Made by a program: the position numbers and the translations under genes. Source: an uncultured Planctomycetia bacterium (GTDB lineage Bacteria; Omnitrophota; Gorgyraeia; Duberdicusellales; 4484-171). Taken from it: a DNA stretch of 27,730 nucleotides. Positions within the stretch are counted from its first letter, which is position 1. Every line of letters begins with the position of its first letter. Below the pieces are notes generated by a model. The model ran no database searches, was not told the DNA's origin, and worked only from the letters and a program-made list of their open reading frames with translations. This document shows positions 25,401 to 27,730 of this stretch, piece by piece. The stretch is from assembly GCA_964492865.1 (NCBI GenBank), contig CAZBLX010000001.1, positions 1 to 27,730 of the forward strand, written 5' to 3'.

Positions 25401-27730
25401 TAAACTTTTTGCGTCTTCTTTTAAAATCTCTGCTGCTTTTTTATTTATCTTTTCAGGAGAAGGTAGCTGAGAAAATTTTTCTTCTATTACCTTTAGTCCT
25501 TCTTCTAAACCAATATAAATATCAGAGTAAGGATATAATCTTTCTACTTTTGAAGGATGAAAATACTCTTCTAAAGTATAAAACCCTATATCTAAACAAA
25601 GCTCTCCGTGCTTTCTTCCCAACGCAGAAGGTAAATTCACAATTCTACTTTCTATCAAATCTAATCCTAAATTATTCACCCTTTCTTTTAAACAAGCAGG
25701 AAACTCTTCTCTCAACTCCATCTTTTCTAAAACATCCAACTCTCCTAACTTAATTACCTCCAAATCTAAATCTTCAATTATCTGAGAACTCCAGTCTATC
25801 TCCTGTGATGTTTTATAAAGATAGGTGGGACTGCCAGTTATAGCAATTGCGACTTTATATCCTTTCTCATTAAGCTTTAAAACAACATCAAATAAAATTT
25901 CCAATAAATTCTTTCTTCCCTGAGGAGTAATAATCTGCCAGGCTTGAGGGCTAAGATAACTTGGCATTTTATAGTTCTTCTCAAAGATACCCCCGTCTTT
26001 TTTCTGCTTACTAAAATTGACAGAAATATCTCTATTTAAAACACTCATTCCTTCCTCATCATTTAACTCTTTTCTTAAAATTTCTTTACCTTCAAATTCA
26101 ACATAATCTAATACTTTTTCTATTTCTTCTCTTATCCATTCATAAGGTATAGAAAAAATCTCTTTATTAATTCTTCCTTCTTCTATATCTTTCTTTATCG
26201 CTCTTCTGCTTAATCCATGAAAATCCCTTAATACCTCTATAAATTCTTTTAAAGTTACTCTCTTTAAAGGCTGATTATCTTTGGAACGGGAGGCAGTTAT
26301 ATCTCCAATCCTTTCTCCCTGAGGAGTGCTTAAAACATTTATCAACGACATATCATCACATAATACTCCTTTCTTGGTAACAGGATTAAAACTTTTTACA
26401 AAAATTCTAATATAAGGTTCCATTTTCCTTTGCACTACTTCTTTAACCCTTTCTTTAACTTCCTCATTCCATCTCTTGTAATTTTCGGTTACTCTTTTAA
26501 TTGCTTCTATTCCATCCTCTCCTTCTAAAAACTCTACTGCCATTACTGCTCTTAAGGAAATCTCATCATAATAAGGATCATCGTAGCGAGAAATTACCAT
26601 AAATACCTCACCAGGAGTAGCTACTGCTTCTCTATCTATCTTTTTAAGTTCAGCTAAAGCCTCAATTCTCTTTTTAAATACTTCCAAAATATTTTCTATA
26701 GAGTAACAGGCAGCAGGGTTGAATTCACTAATACTTACAAAAAGAGGATATTCTTTCTCTTGTGTTTTAAAAGTTACTTTATAACTTACATCTGGACGAT
26801 TATGCACAGCAAATTCTATTTTTACCTCCTCTATCTTTTCTGATCTTTCCACTTCAGGAAAAATCTTTACTAATACTTCTCCTAATAATCCTTTCTCTAT
26901 AAGAATCGAAATATCTTCCATATCTATATCAGGAACAAATACCCATCCTAATTTTTCCCGATGCTCTTTTATTACCTCTTCAGAAGGCATAATCTTTTCA
27001 ATCTTATCTTCTCCTATAGAGTATTCTTGAGAAATAGAACCAGAAACTGCCTTCTTGATTATCTCCTCAACATCTTTATCTCCCCCATCTTTTGTTTGCT
27101 TAGAGAACTTTTTCTTAAACTTACCTCTTGGTTGTTTTACATCTCTCCTATATATCAATCTTTTAACTCTACCATAGGTAACCTCTTTTCCAGCTTTAAT
27201 CAATTCTTGAATAATTAAATTTATTTCTTCCTCTGATACAGATCTTCCAAATATAAGCTTTGAATTCTGAGCCAATTTTTTTGAATCTATGATGGTAGCC
27301 TTAAAGTGTTGTAAGGCGTTTTCAACTAACCACTTATCTGATCTTTCCTCCCAATTTTTAGCTCTCTTTATCACCTTAAAACAATATCCATCAGATATCT
27401 CTACTCCAAATTTTTCTCTTACCACTCTTTTTACCTGTAAAATAGAAACTATCTTTTTCTTGTAGCTATTAGGATATCCTTTAGCCAAGAAGAAGATATC
27501 ACTTGAAGGTAAATTTAATCCTTTCTTTTCAGCATAGACTTTAATTTCTGGATATAGGTCTATTATCTTTCTGTAGCTTTTAGGATAAATCTTAGCTAAA
27601 CAGAAGATATTGCTTTGAGATAAACTTAATCCCTTCTTCTCAACATAGGCCTTAATTTCTGGATATAGGTCTATTATTCTCCTGTAGCTTTTGGGATAAC
27701 TCTTAGCTAAATAGAAAATATCACTGGGAG
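4500..27730 (-). CDS. Giant multi-domain protein, 5'-truncated by the window (>7,742 aa)
   Basis: Stop TAA at 4500-4502. The ORF track gives 7,662 aa from a TTG at 27488, but manual translation of 27489-27728 shows no stop and continuing tandem repeats, so the real start is outside the window. Several recognisable enzyme motifs are in frame. Confidence 0.93.
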   Translation of the reverse strand, partial: PSDIFYLAKSYPKSYRRIIDLYPEIKAYVEKKGLSLSQSNIFCLAKIYPKSYRKIIDLYPEIKVYAEKKGLNLPSSDIFFLAKGYPNSYKKKIVSILQVKRVVREKFGVEISDGYCFKVIKRAKNWEERSDKWLVENALQHFKATIIDSKKLAQNSKLIFGRSVSEEEINLIIQELIKAGKEVTYGRVKRLIYRRDVKQPRGKFKKKFSKQTKDGGDKDVEEIIKKAVSGSISQEYSIGEDKIEKIMPSEEVIKEHREKLGWVFVPDIDMEDISILIEKGLLGEVLVKIFPEVERSEKIEEVKIEFAVHNRPDVSYKVTFKTQEKEYPLFVSISEFNPAACYSIENILEVFKKRIEALAELKKIDREAVATPGEVFMVISRYDDPYYDEISLRAVMAVEFLEGEDGIEAIKRVTENYKRWNEEVKERVKEVVQRKMEPYIRIFVKSFNPVTKKGVLCDDMSLINVLSTPQGERIGDITASRSKDNQPLKRVTLKEFIEVLRDFHGLSRRAIKKDIEEGRINKEIFSIPYEWIREEIEKVLDYVEFEGKEILRKELNDEEGMSVLNRDISVNFSKQKKDGGIFEKNYKMPSYLSPQAWQIITPQGRKNLLEILFDVVLKLNEKGYKVAIAITGSPTYLYKTSQEIDWSSQIIEDLDLEVIKLGELDVLEKMELREEFPACLKERVNNLGLDLIESRIVNLPSALGRKHGELCLDIGFYTLEEYFHPSKVERLYPYSDIYIGLEEGLKVIEEKFSQLPSPEKINKKAAEILKEDAKSLVKRLKMQHTSPDYSKPVKFLTKAFLILGEEEVRYKLWRSFKEENINKKVYQEALKLLEQKIKEKDGGRVIIQQRKLPLLDKDLKNLELGEKVFRIKVGKNYYRLGKDRYILIELGDKKVFLADVHNLLNVFLLEEEIKDFILFHIDQHSDWVFPSVKYLSNFWLKNKEEKIRHLLSYGVGEFLSATSFYFSSSIFWITSPVKFEKLKMLQKEFEEIVRFETASFEKVVSLKEEIKVCQYLPKAASLDLDVFTQKDRGGKLSFKDVWRNYEELKPYTLRILNTSDLIAIFTTGQPWINQKVAKAIMQDLTKEIITQDGGKKEQIAKIERFPFYKGMLLTKNDFLVLLTLAEKGNLSFDELKDLLKGKLAGWEIKDALEKIDKNTDFLIQKEDRFILKESVRRILENYLKSKWEVNELLVSLRLPPRFIGFSWKNLRLGLGLREKEIKILKGLSSKLPREFDEKDLAILICIEKGKRKPSLVTDITGIYTQKSGKKIVEKRFLKLLNRGLIFQKEKFGDYYLNEELEIVLEKVLRNQASVEDLISVLTGRGRTFQEDAKRLISKFKKWEEKLLVTENDVKFLWAKSRGIPLRDLISPGSTTHTHRMKKLGLIELRNNKLILTKRGEEFINSLYDGTLTLKKAWDLGVTYWMKIDDKEIRLRRKRFKYWEEFVKELNSLWEGCRKLEEAGFRKLSSLALKILILYYMGVAEDSIAQLLGKGENLIFQYLKKLEEKGFLRKKDKKEGYILTKQAEEIILAIKKGKYPPLEELYLRVKKALEETGGNISAAANLLGLGRSKLRGMIKRNQELQELIEKYRRGIKGVEVKERREEKRKVLLSRKVIKKKDNLSARRKSIIREKTSLVRKRQEESRDEIRKKCYALLSQGRIEEVEKFIALYRKKFPQLFDEILQNLRIEEVKKIVRKLCQEHNYNKAKRLIRQRKIPPKIKEELLSKVEKEEDLWHTFSPYREALKLLGKKFPQGFLNRNLAEKEFAKLRKIKVKGLIPSFEWMVRQKILIPVSSGRYLWNEKIKEWIRETEDFKVEKQDDEKIKHLENEDEKISPEQFYEDFFSSSRFEEYLKKKRKKDDGEKYLDGGRDREERRKEFFKKVEELERERLTHYSKSTLFIIYLISEGITSWGEIRKEVKEVLGGKRENIYLSLWRLIKKGIVERKEKYLFTLTEEGKKLLRKILEGQFQKEKRIFEKRLEEKIIEKKGKITLIAKDLKVSRTRVRNAILKNPQLKKLWESFKRKKRIEKITLEFESLNKGVKKEDILLIDALKLPCVRKEILTQSKWIIIKNLFLGKRGELIFAGRIWAELGREFRYKNANVLLYEGKPIEVLLSQKRIIFAQIWKEDNLIGVFYQKLSKETLKKLSQGKLLLKRFWVGKTGTIRFAGKKVKRAALANREIEVEIFNQEGEVEFISAHLPQGEILSLQKGKRFFTRKKGKSRQKSRREKKIERKTKACIERDKGFYKKKTEKERLRQKERGRKINTRIEKILRRLFGEKDIICEELLDRREVKILYDLEKIGVVKMIREKVKSRKVLEWLKFLGDEERKQVYLNLWYLYGDVSWQDIKQIIKEKGFSHYRRRIEKEISRRPFIYFHKWRRINSDGGIPLTTYPKRLKDFDDWFRKRFSPQKGAFADLGIGMAWDRKTGLPTPFTTVEFAEKFPQLKVYGVDKVIPYLVAYLVVKKGDYIVLKDENKNLIGFLKISVLKDSFSLLEVIENREELAELIFFDEKETESDSFEEKKIIFKPYEVVKKEKGLNNLEFIKADLRDLDKNWEKEKVDWARIFNVLMHYSHKQAYKILSSISGIVKEGGLIFEGAGLNTLIFSQYRVKKKRLIMEELWLRKDFPKWAIFFHLKDLPTFLRNEEGGELLSILFRIYIDYLSKEGKWEDFVKEKLLEKNYKVIDGEYTSWIGIRWKNKELTLLDEIEESSQDRKNDGGEQSKLTFSLKGLSQIHEETKNKKRDVISEIKEYQLEKIKELRVEGISDENIAELLMTSPLKDERGRLARAILTEIYLKRARDVDRVLRKLEREGVRKERIEEIRERLMEIRRLIIRIRERLKQKWVLKKRLEVSDDEIRKKIRELIESGKEITFNTVVDSILTDALVERIEDGIEDETVRNFLSDLVRETPGIFIDKESVNFVKRHLELLIPILRIDGFVDHWTDSRLEFYSPMGFTDRVKELIYRLIILGVNSNKKNYQEKAVELFFKFGDVIERKDRNRIEENVRERFKERDEGISEHLIMLIFANRFGIEKVREALESKNVEFRQAINEFMSGLKCTEKLMELLDAFDALLMLGEDIIWNILKNQGSEFYRIISAIKDITPEFINIVKNNPEDVRTAFSNSDYSLWWLSELLNSIKKLPNFVDIINGIKLTRVYKLHIIFRCPIEEIKEDLKSFLDGIKYLREFDDEDIEKSLRYPYGFVGTIQLFGRYPEFVRVIQLFRKRSDLVEFNKKLRMEAICASLDGDPKYMKYIREIVQNIQKDLQEEDFIKILDSILREAGKEEIDFAFYISSRYSVEGINFFDILYILCLGKIARYIGLAGLRVLRDWLRFREARKMLVKAPGTFINGMKYIEEVSDKEEITSAISRTFTGFVLMTQTVGVNPNFINFIKIFGLLNASEFFENYMREPAFFDISKLDKYENIDTSTLSLEDLKYILLWELDDKFLKYMGLLSFKNILKGVPTRKLYKDIVIPEIEKFNADLNLMDEETRKRRNDAIVQLIRVLAIIESNEDIANYVLERDKKTGEYLFARAIKRLISEGIEIDRIVTSIIKYGDIWDRFTADDKTFEIIGKNIDKFSWIVPVVRYLKDSKRERELEVLDKLIREEIKPVNNESIWSLNRVEFPVYLMDYLEYGEEATNLGYIHGQLTPYRVDKIREALRIGDKKTIEKALEKGIWGKTLVEIAKQEKSIDDVLKERKRVEEENDAIKAEFEEWLNSDRVPKEVSEVLERIKEMSEDGWEIGITSGTARNMLLVFLGKLDRYEDHDFDNVLRKIDIPLKEFADRFKDEEFKNTLLEIKEERITIPSILDDLEDKIKRFEPEALEELYRRRREKINEYLGKYLPLDIIERNIEEIEKVIRKISNSMKIGDIRGETSAISRSDLGINAIQIFYNSINKRFEVYDPDNSIVYAKNGIVKIYSGIDSIFDPERPHPFSAVEYSVAEIVLADAIRFVRAKALGELKLDEEDSLIYSKALRQSFGIGLELPEFLRDSILKKLSTNLNKLVTDVAERGNWNIEDTIKLVRTIAPYMNLSDLRIKLRAIIEKNLDDLPPVCKKYPDVEEIFTINKIYNFLQSRNYGREVLKNFLENGEVPDDIALHGISLTKAKTIRISAGENLPIIINLLGILEDKALKSGSMVREKYKTEVSVVQAYGEGVYIGRNLENPLKFAEEGGALAIINTKELLNDFRNLDITDNSGDGKTNLVIHDREWNPIEIPLKYIEKIYVKPELYRYSRIYWQRAISNLSKEKSIPYEKAEQELSERTFGRGRRFSDVVECIYLGSFKIAADKVDGGRKLFKSELLKILQNTPFNFSRKSSKLRDNQILNYLFNIGRHGKQTITYLSVKKIRRKVHKMFCVIIEVIKGKGNKILEKSEQEIREKELKLSELERKRLFLLNNLGNDGGRKRNFEFNSLYSVIKGLFNSAKNCLNYLDQRMIEIFPPDRRGVKTILGMLIAGLSPLCILISLPHELLHALFNTLTFPDYVLDKVRCPSWLDPGGVITRYLPFVERESIPDFSVRYVRLEQPILPFALPKQLGLILNNFVPNIYNATLGFWLVRRGKRTDNYWIVGIGMLQVIYVASLAFCTAFKLINYGDFKAGVYALLNLTGYTGDLPLWIMAPLGLESGIVVLLISYLLSLHIDNFGSKIRGRIQKAKRITRKENISQDLFTADEIKNSQDRKNDGGLFDKESNISFKNSFVYFCLKCGKSFMNVYRNLYFFTQKLNFFFKEINFRINPSKVSFKLISYTFNLLIQSLKLFFKFTSYVLNLLIQSFNFSRKSSKLRDNQILNYLFNIGRHGKQTITYLYNSVKENIFAFIITDWLRFSRKERSKFLTSYSFKRLLLIYLKNFFLRAPPLKLTTFLKNLLAKIISFSSFFPSFVHSLKQVFLFLRKIIFIVFTKFLFCRLFFKNVRKPSIKIHQPASLSNINQIKWLRHKEGSVAIINVRGDNEEHAEIVEEILKKSLFELGSIRVRTICASEKEYVDSLNEALLIIKDYVEKSGKRVIVVITAGHSNPDPQKWESVHRIIKELYRKGVIIIAAANNEYAYGRISYPAAFKEVLAVSREINKEKIIYEEKDAHILYFDNRYGEVEFKGEKRVGNSFLAPRVAISVAYMLEENPELSFEQIRERFRGNNYDGGKGVEENCLNFSKDTFNIIPNDLDEFVEIYRKYFGEEEREILLREIGKLKKLKIEDIDTELYRRQLHSIEEILEKKPLPLKILFLISLLKTKNLNIFTYHIAESRLLHFIEFYPNCISKSVIFTLRDFLEEYPLGKYRDVIAMMLSSIVKSSVSPLDRKALEVLEEAAEKVSSSHYIFNLYKGVLKSFGEKKKHDNKEALKSFKTMFIREEIEKSLSERDFKKIVFIVPPVSWLGGSGDIPFILNTIKMLRKIYSEKEIKVILHNRDDFISALRMSSISEALKSNLIKEIKKATFIDKKTFSTEDVEFIWLNAKDTWQYMKEEILKPSAVSLIIVYRPASIDLNEQIISPFISKLEKEAPVIELYEFGIEGSSYFEERSSNSILSWGFGQKCVGVAPVDEEFMKKVDSLPKGAKKIKERKKELLEKLLPSLEDKELDKLTKSKWGVIYSFAYFSMYEIYFSALEKARESSREFKDEDLTIFVFRVGKGGFDEYETFKNLVEKGNYNVYEVPWETIFGIKISPKTTGHKISVISIPTTLEKERFDELFSLCELPIVVRGPNTLSNAIYLSAKRGVIWFMEFQPWQKKAKNDFFKFVRDCNSLEEEDKSFIKRLYEISRDSFAELFINPRYTKVWRCLSKELLDVNKPEEIKNRINNAWIRFLVSRELEKKDGGISGFIDGNSAILSSFRGRKETKLSISLNKIDKNKDRKNNNGLSDEELNNSFKDRDFKFTNSFFYRIPKLTQLLHVKSVTEKLGLLKIFAEKNRNGKGFIKDGGKEEERIIKLKEYILKRLPQEYKEKIEKYHQGKINYEDLENFVLSNRIRYPTFRELQRKFSFLRDKNYEWIIKVTELERWDPVLKTAPWLLKETKWDNIKMRKKAIRWLFGKVAKDFIKLSQNLKEKRISLEEAERYLIENDLRCFGYRSFVNFGLFGLKNYYQERNELDYLKILKEAEIDKDYPLLERVFWLVIKDISWDREKEEKALEWLLRKTLPGEFLDLIGKKTPLKKLVDMMIEKNIFYPGRDEFYKMHLGGIIARFKGMIFEIYKSHNYVKKNPVFREAAWFCLKKISSNYWKDIHNQYKAWLFIANILGYKSLSDLKKAQEKGEVTSRILRRYRLEASWIEKGFLPTLNSLCEYEKKIKEVKYKKAVKEFMGDSNVFNITEFRRSYPEECRTIRRIERKKGISLEKIIADIVGKKEEEIEIKEEVKKPKYKKAVEEFIGDSSVFDIVRFRRQYLEEYRTLLDIKKKRGVSWEEIISKIMGREIKVIEEKRAQEKKMFRSSKKVFLEEANREEMVRREFKKAENWIKEGKLKRALRKLKRLRKYSDSSEIEELIQKIEEKIKAEDPLEKFLKENEHLKLKREDILRVFSLFKIKMTTSRLRKLIKIIAENGITFADLEEKRKKLEKKGVVIGSPYLSVSWLKFSADEIAKRYFRRLRNEARRLKREYEEIGEIVDFPEIIREIEPDIKEEVLEKVVKDIESERRGRKRILKDGGRIKAIFTDYDDTLEKASIPLGKKKIELISELVRKDIFFVIVSGQSLKSLEELVGERLPQDIRRKKKVFFLSEMGSVWGYFDEEGNLKVDIKHSKFSSYEEKKKIIKEIGESLEEIKREDWNLLIKEAEILVKRGENLIIKAYPKISMVTVKFFEEKYLMKELAKLVKKRLRNIDSLRKFKITYSSVAIDISLVSKKEAVKDFLDFYKIPEDEIAVFGDSKNDISMLKVGKYSFFCGEKRLLPTDLQNRVRIVKREKIDEILRGFLNNFERRDGGRNLQEFIKIPDEDFYIEIKIGREYGGGEIFTLKKERVPFYMYQALRKIKEDEFFPQLCVFIGTEAWPLIIVYEILSKFLNIPQAQILAPEIHLINEDKKNLEKIKKEIALLKNSLNNPLRILIIDATSQTGKTLKKAEEYFSFFFPEAWIETLSLILNLSTLEEEISSYIGGVVEEEGLYHKYICCEWKGEIFCADDLKRWFSILRDLTFEFLEIEKEKYSAFDNLDSFVRIVFPQEKQEVDGGRDYTNKERIDFITRSYDWRAPDAEKYLTLEVIDAWVKGLIKSQKEFYKKDKLLCVVGKDARFSSERIAKRIIENLLNLGIDVIDIGLVTTPILYFATLYFDSDLGIMVTASHNPPRENGFKVVIKDKLGQRNPTTEEIKKISEYAKKSLDTQEFVGFKRKANLIRENSEKILKKYVNMVIASCWAKGASEWLSLQRKYSYKELVDSSDEFVEEKIKKQGLPLKGLKVVIDPANGTAGQALKEVLERLGAEVVGINMKPDGRFPAHLPDPTVKKNMDQAYEKLKEVDAHIAIGIDGDGDRIGAVAQIKKRRFDFQGEHILGTFVERILKEFPKAKIVVDVKMSDCIIKKIEELGGIPVTFKTGHANIKKKMRETGAVFGAEASAHMYPSWFGRNGFFDDSIQASLLLLLALKEVNWNTEKLINKLPSWHFSPDIRPPYHEFLLSKYKGNLKIIKKEVKKMLIEFARERSFGYSDIDGIKIFFKDKGWTLVRFSGTEAVLSTRVDAKLEEDFNWIAKEIYTFLIKEKIANFFADEYNNKEYFEERIKPLFDGGEREANRDLSSTFEVIIESEEKREIEKLQVITSLKETVRQNNPW
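4700..6270 (-). other. Domain of giant protein: alpha-D-phosphohexomutase (PMM/PGM family)
   Basis: VVGKDARFSS, catalytic phosphoserine loop GIMVTASHNP (about 5944-5970), metal loop DGDGDR (about 5389-5406), sugar loop GAEASAH and LVRFSGTE. All four motifs are intact. Confidence 0.9.
6480..6900 (-). other. Domain of giant protein: type I phosphoribosyltransferase-like
   Basis: LRILIIDATSQTGKTL (about 6615-6660) resembles the PRPP-binding loop, with the second acidic residue replaced by Ala. Confidence 0.55.
7060..7838 (-). other. Domain of giant protein: HAD-superfamily hydrolase, subfamily IIB (Cof-like)
   Basis: Motif I IFTDYDDTL, motif II IVSGQS, motif III SKKEAV and motif IV FGDSKNDISML. 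Confidence 0.88.
8540..8893 (-). repeat. Tandem 67-aa (201-bp) duplication within the giant protein
   Basis: KYKKAVKEFMGDSNVFNITEFRRSYPEE... versus KYKKAVEEFIGDSSVFDIVRFRRQYLEE..., with anchors at 8881 and 8680. Confidence 0.9.
9060..9980 (-). repeat. About three degenerate repeats of roughly 100 aa with conserved Trp
   Basis: PWLLKETKWD..KKAIRWL, FWLVIKDISWD..EKALEWL and AWFCLKKISSNYW..YKAWLF. Anchor Trp codons at 9735, 9426 and 9138. Confidence 0.65.
10066..10205 (+). pseudogene. Degenerate, internally deleted copy of the nested antisense coiled-coil cassette
   Basis: 10066-10083 matches 13300-13317 at 15/18. 10153-10205 matches 13651-13703 at 41/53, ungapped. An in-register mini-ORF at 10086-10160 reads MKKLGEFRNSIEERIGEFKISILK. 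Confidence 0.6.
10560..11670 (-). other. Domain of giant protein: GT-B glycosyltransferase resembling EarP (EF-P rhamnosyltransferase) family
   Basis: Ordered motifs GSGDIPFIL..ML, LYEFG, WGFG..VG, ERFDELFSLCELPIVVRGPNTLSNA and IWFMEFQPW parallel the recalled EarP motifs GDIGV, EYL, PGF..GG, YD.LL..CD.NFVRGEDSF.RA and W.IYPQ. Confidence 0.6.
12345..12925 (-). other. Domain of giant protein: subtilase (S8)-like, catalytic Asp apparently replaced by Asn
   Basis: VAIINV (Asp position), EEHAEIV (His), IIAAANN (oxyanion Asn), SYPAA..VLAV and GNSFLAPRVA (Ser motif, compare GTSMAAPHVA). Confidence 0.75.
13306..13334 (+). promoter_or_regulatory. Near-consensus sigma70 promoter, antisense within the giant gene
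   Basis: TTGACA (13306-13311), 17-bp spacer, TATAGT (13329-13334) with extended -10 TG at 13326-13327. The ATG follows at 13344. Confidence 0.8.
13344..13646 (+). CDS. Small coiled-coil protein (100 aa), nested antisense in the giant ORF
   Basis: E/K/R/I-rich helical protein with an 18-aa internal repeat (KRLDEKVENVRSEFEEKF / KRLDEKIESIRNEFEANF). It has its own promoter, no SD (probably leaderless), and casts a typical S/L/F-rich shadow ORF (13370-13603, minus). Confidence 0.7.
   Translation: MPANVKQIIQDLIIPEFRTLSAEIKRLDEKVENVRSEFEEKFKRLDEKIESIRNEFEANFRRIDSEIDLLKEEIKFLREEIKISINIHERLAALEAKINK
13815..14400 (-). other. Domain of giant protein: membrane-embedded HExxH metallopeptidase-like (M50B/DUF3267-like)
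   Basis: LISLPHELLHALF (HELLH at 14316-14330) in a hydrophobic helix, followed by further hydrophobic segments and a candidate third ligand in GYTGDL. Confidence 0.55.
14698..14828 (+). pseudogene. Truncated duplicate of the antisense cassette (5' part), with a 6-bp deletion in the promoter spacer
   Basis: 14705-14806 is identical to 13319-13420 (102/102). TTGACA at 14698-14703 is 11 bp from TATAGT at 14715-14720. ORF 14730-14828 encodes MPANVKQIIQDLIIPEFRTLSAEIKRSVLEYF. Confidence 0.8.
15050..15450 (-). other. Domain of giant protein: ADP-ribosyltransferase-fold (H-Y-type)-like
   Basis: IALHGIS, then GILEDKALKSG, then YGEGVYIG..PLKFA, then LVIHD..IPLKYIEKIYV. This order matches the HG / G.GvY / final-strand pattern of PARP/KptA-like ARTs. 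Confidence 0.55.
15830..16515 (-). other. Domain of giant protein: CCA-adding/poly(A) polymerase head-like nucleotidyltransferase
   Basis: IGITSGTARNMLL..DHDFD (compare VGGAVRD.LL..DiD), SRSDLGINAI (compare RRDFTINA), YDPD and ADAIRFVR..GELKLDEE (compare lRalRF..gf.id). Confidence 0.65.
19900..20500 (-). other. Domain of giant protein: class I SAM-dependent methyltransferase
   Basis: FADLGIG (motif I), VYGVD, LEFIKADL, IFNVLMHY and IVKEGGLIFEG. Confidence 0.72.
21690..24400 (-). other. Region of giant protein: array of winged-helix and Fis-type HTH domains
   Basis: At least five wHTH-like units ending in L.k.Gli.......y.LT..G-type wings, plus Fis-like ALEETGGNISAAANLLGLGRSKL (about 22995-23085) and KGKITLIAKDLKVSRTRV (about 21715-21770). 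Confidence 0.7.
24470..25100 (-). other. Domain of giant protein: UPF0489/arginase-deacetylase-fold-like
   Basis: ADVHN, FHIDQHSDW, SLDLDVF and IAIFTTGQPW, in the order typical of the HxDxHxD / xDxDxF metal-binding fold. Confidence 0.6.
25540..25900 (-). other. Domain of giant protein: Pol-beta superfamily nucleotidyltransferase-like
   Basis: IAITGS...EDLDLEV, followed by a third-acid strand LCLDIGF. Confidence 0.5.
26290..26850 (-). other. Domain of giant protein: possible protein-kinase-like (APH/RIO-type) fold
   Basis: VATPGEV, VMAVEFLEG, LCDDMSLINVL and RIGDI resemble the hinge, catalytic loop (D....N) and metal-binding Asp. The usual His before the Asp is absent. Confidence 0.4.
27450..27730 (-). 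repeat. Tandem 37-aa (111-bp) repeats in the giant ORF, at least 2.5 units, running off the window
   Basis: SDIFYLAKSYPKSYRRIIDLYPEIKAYVEKKGLSLSQ / SNIFCLAKIYPKSYRKIIDLYPEIKVYAEKKGLNLPS / SDIFFLAKGYPNSYKKK. DNA anchors at 27703, 27592 and 27481. Confidence 0.92.

Noticed and set aside
4632-27089. DGG codons (GATGGAGG) as internal Shine-Dalgarno sites for separate translation starts
   Set aside because: Only 11 of 17 contain GGAGG, and those I inspected lack a consistently spaced in-frame ATG/GTG/TTG. A pausing effect is not excluded.
27240-27445. Transposase-like HTH (VREKFGVEIS) as an IS element
   Set aside because: No DDE domain, terminal inverted repeats or target duplication are visible. 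It is in frame within the giant protein.
27486-27488. TTG start of the giant ORF given by the track
   Set aside because: It lies inside a repeat unit, and the frame stays open to the window edge.
27450-27730. 111-bp repeats as a CRISPR array
   Set aside because: The period is a multiple of 3, units are similar along their whole length with no unique spacers, the frame is coding, and there are no cas genes.

Overview
AT-rich bacterial window. The left 4.3 kb holds a minus-strand hisI-trpE-ribH cluster with a sigma70-like promoter and a divergent plus-strand methyl-accepting chemotaxis protein. The remaining 23.2 kb (about 84%) is the 3' part of one uninterrupted minus-strand giant ORF. I translated its frame by hand to the right edge and found no stop, so it encodes more than 7,742 aa and starts outside the window. 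The protein reads as a string of unrelated modules: kinase-like, nucleotidyltransferase, UPF0489-like, HTH array, SAM methyltransferase, CCA/poly(A)-polymerase-like, ADP-ribosyltransferase-like, HExxH membrane module, subtilase-like, EarP-like glycosyltransferase, HAD, PRTase-like and phosphohexomutase. It carries 17 DGG tripeptides, most of them at apparent module boundaries. The most unusual element is a 100-aa coiled-coil gene with a near-consensus promoter, nested antisense and codon-in-register inside the giant ORF. A 102-bp identical truncated copy and an older, internally deleted copy of it also lie in the giant gene, and every length difference is a multiple of 3. Domain calls are by-eye motif recognition, not database hits. 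An Omnitrophota-like origin is only an inference from the giant-gene style.
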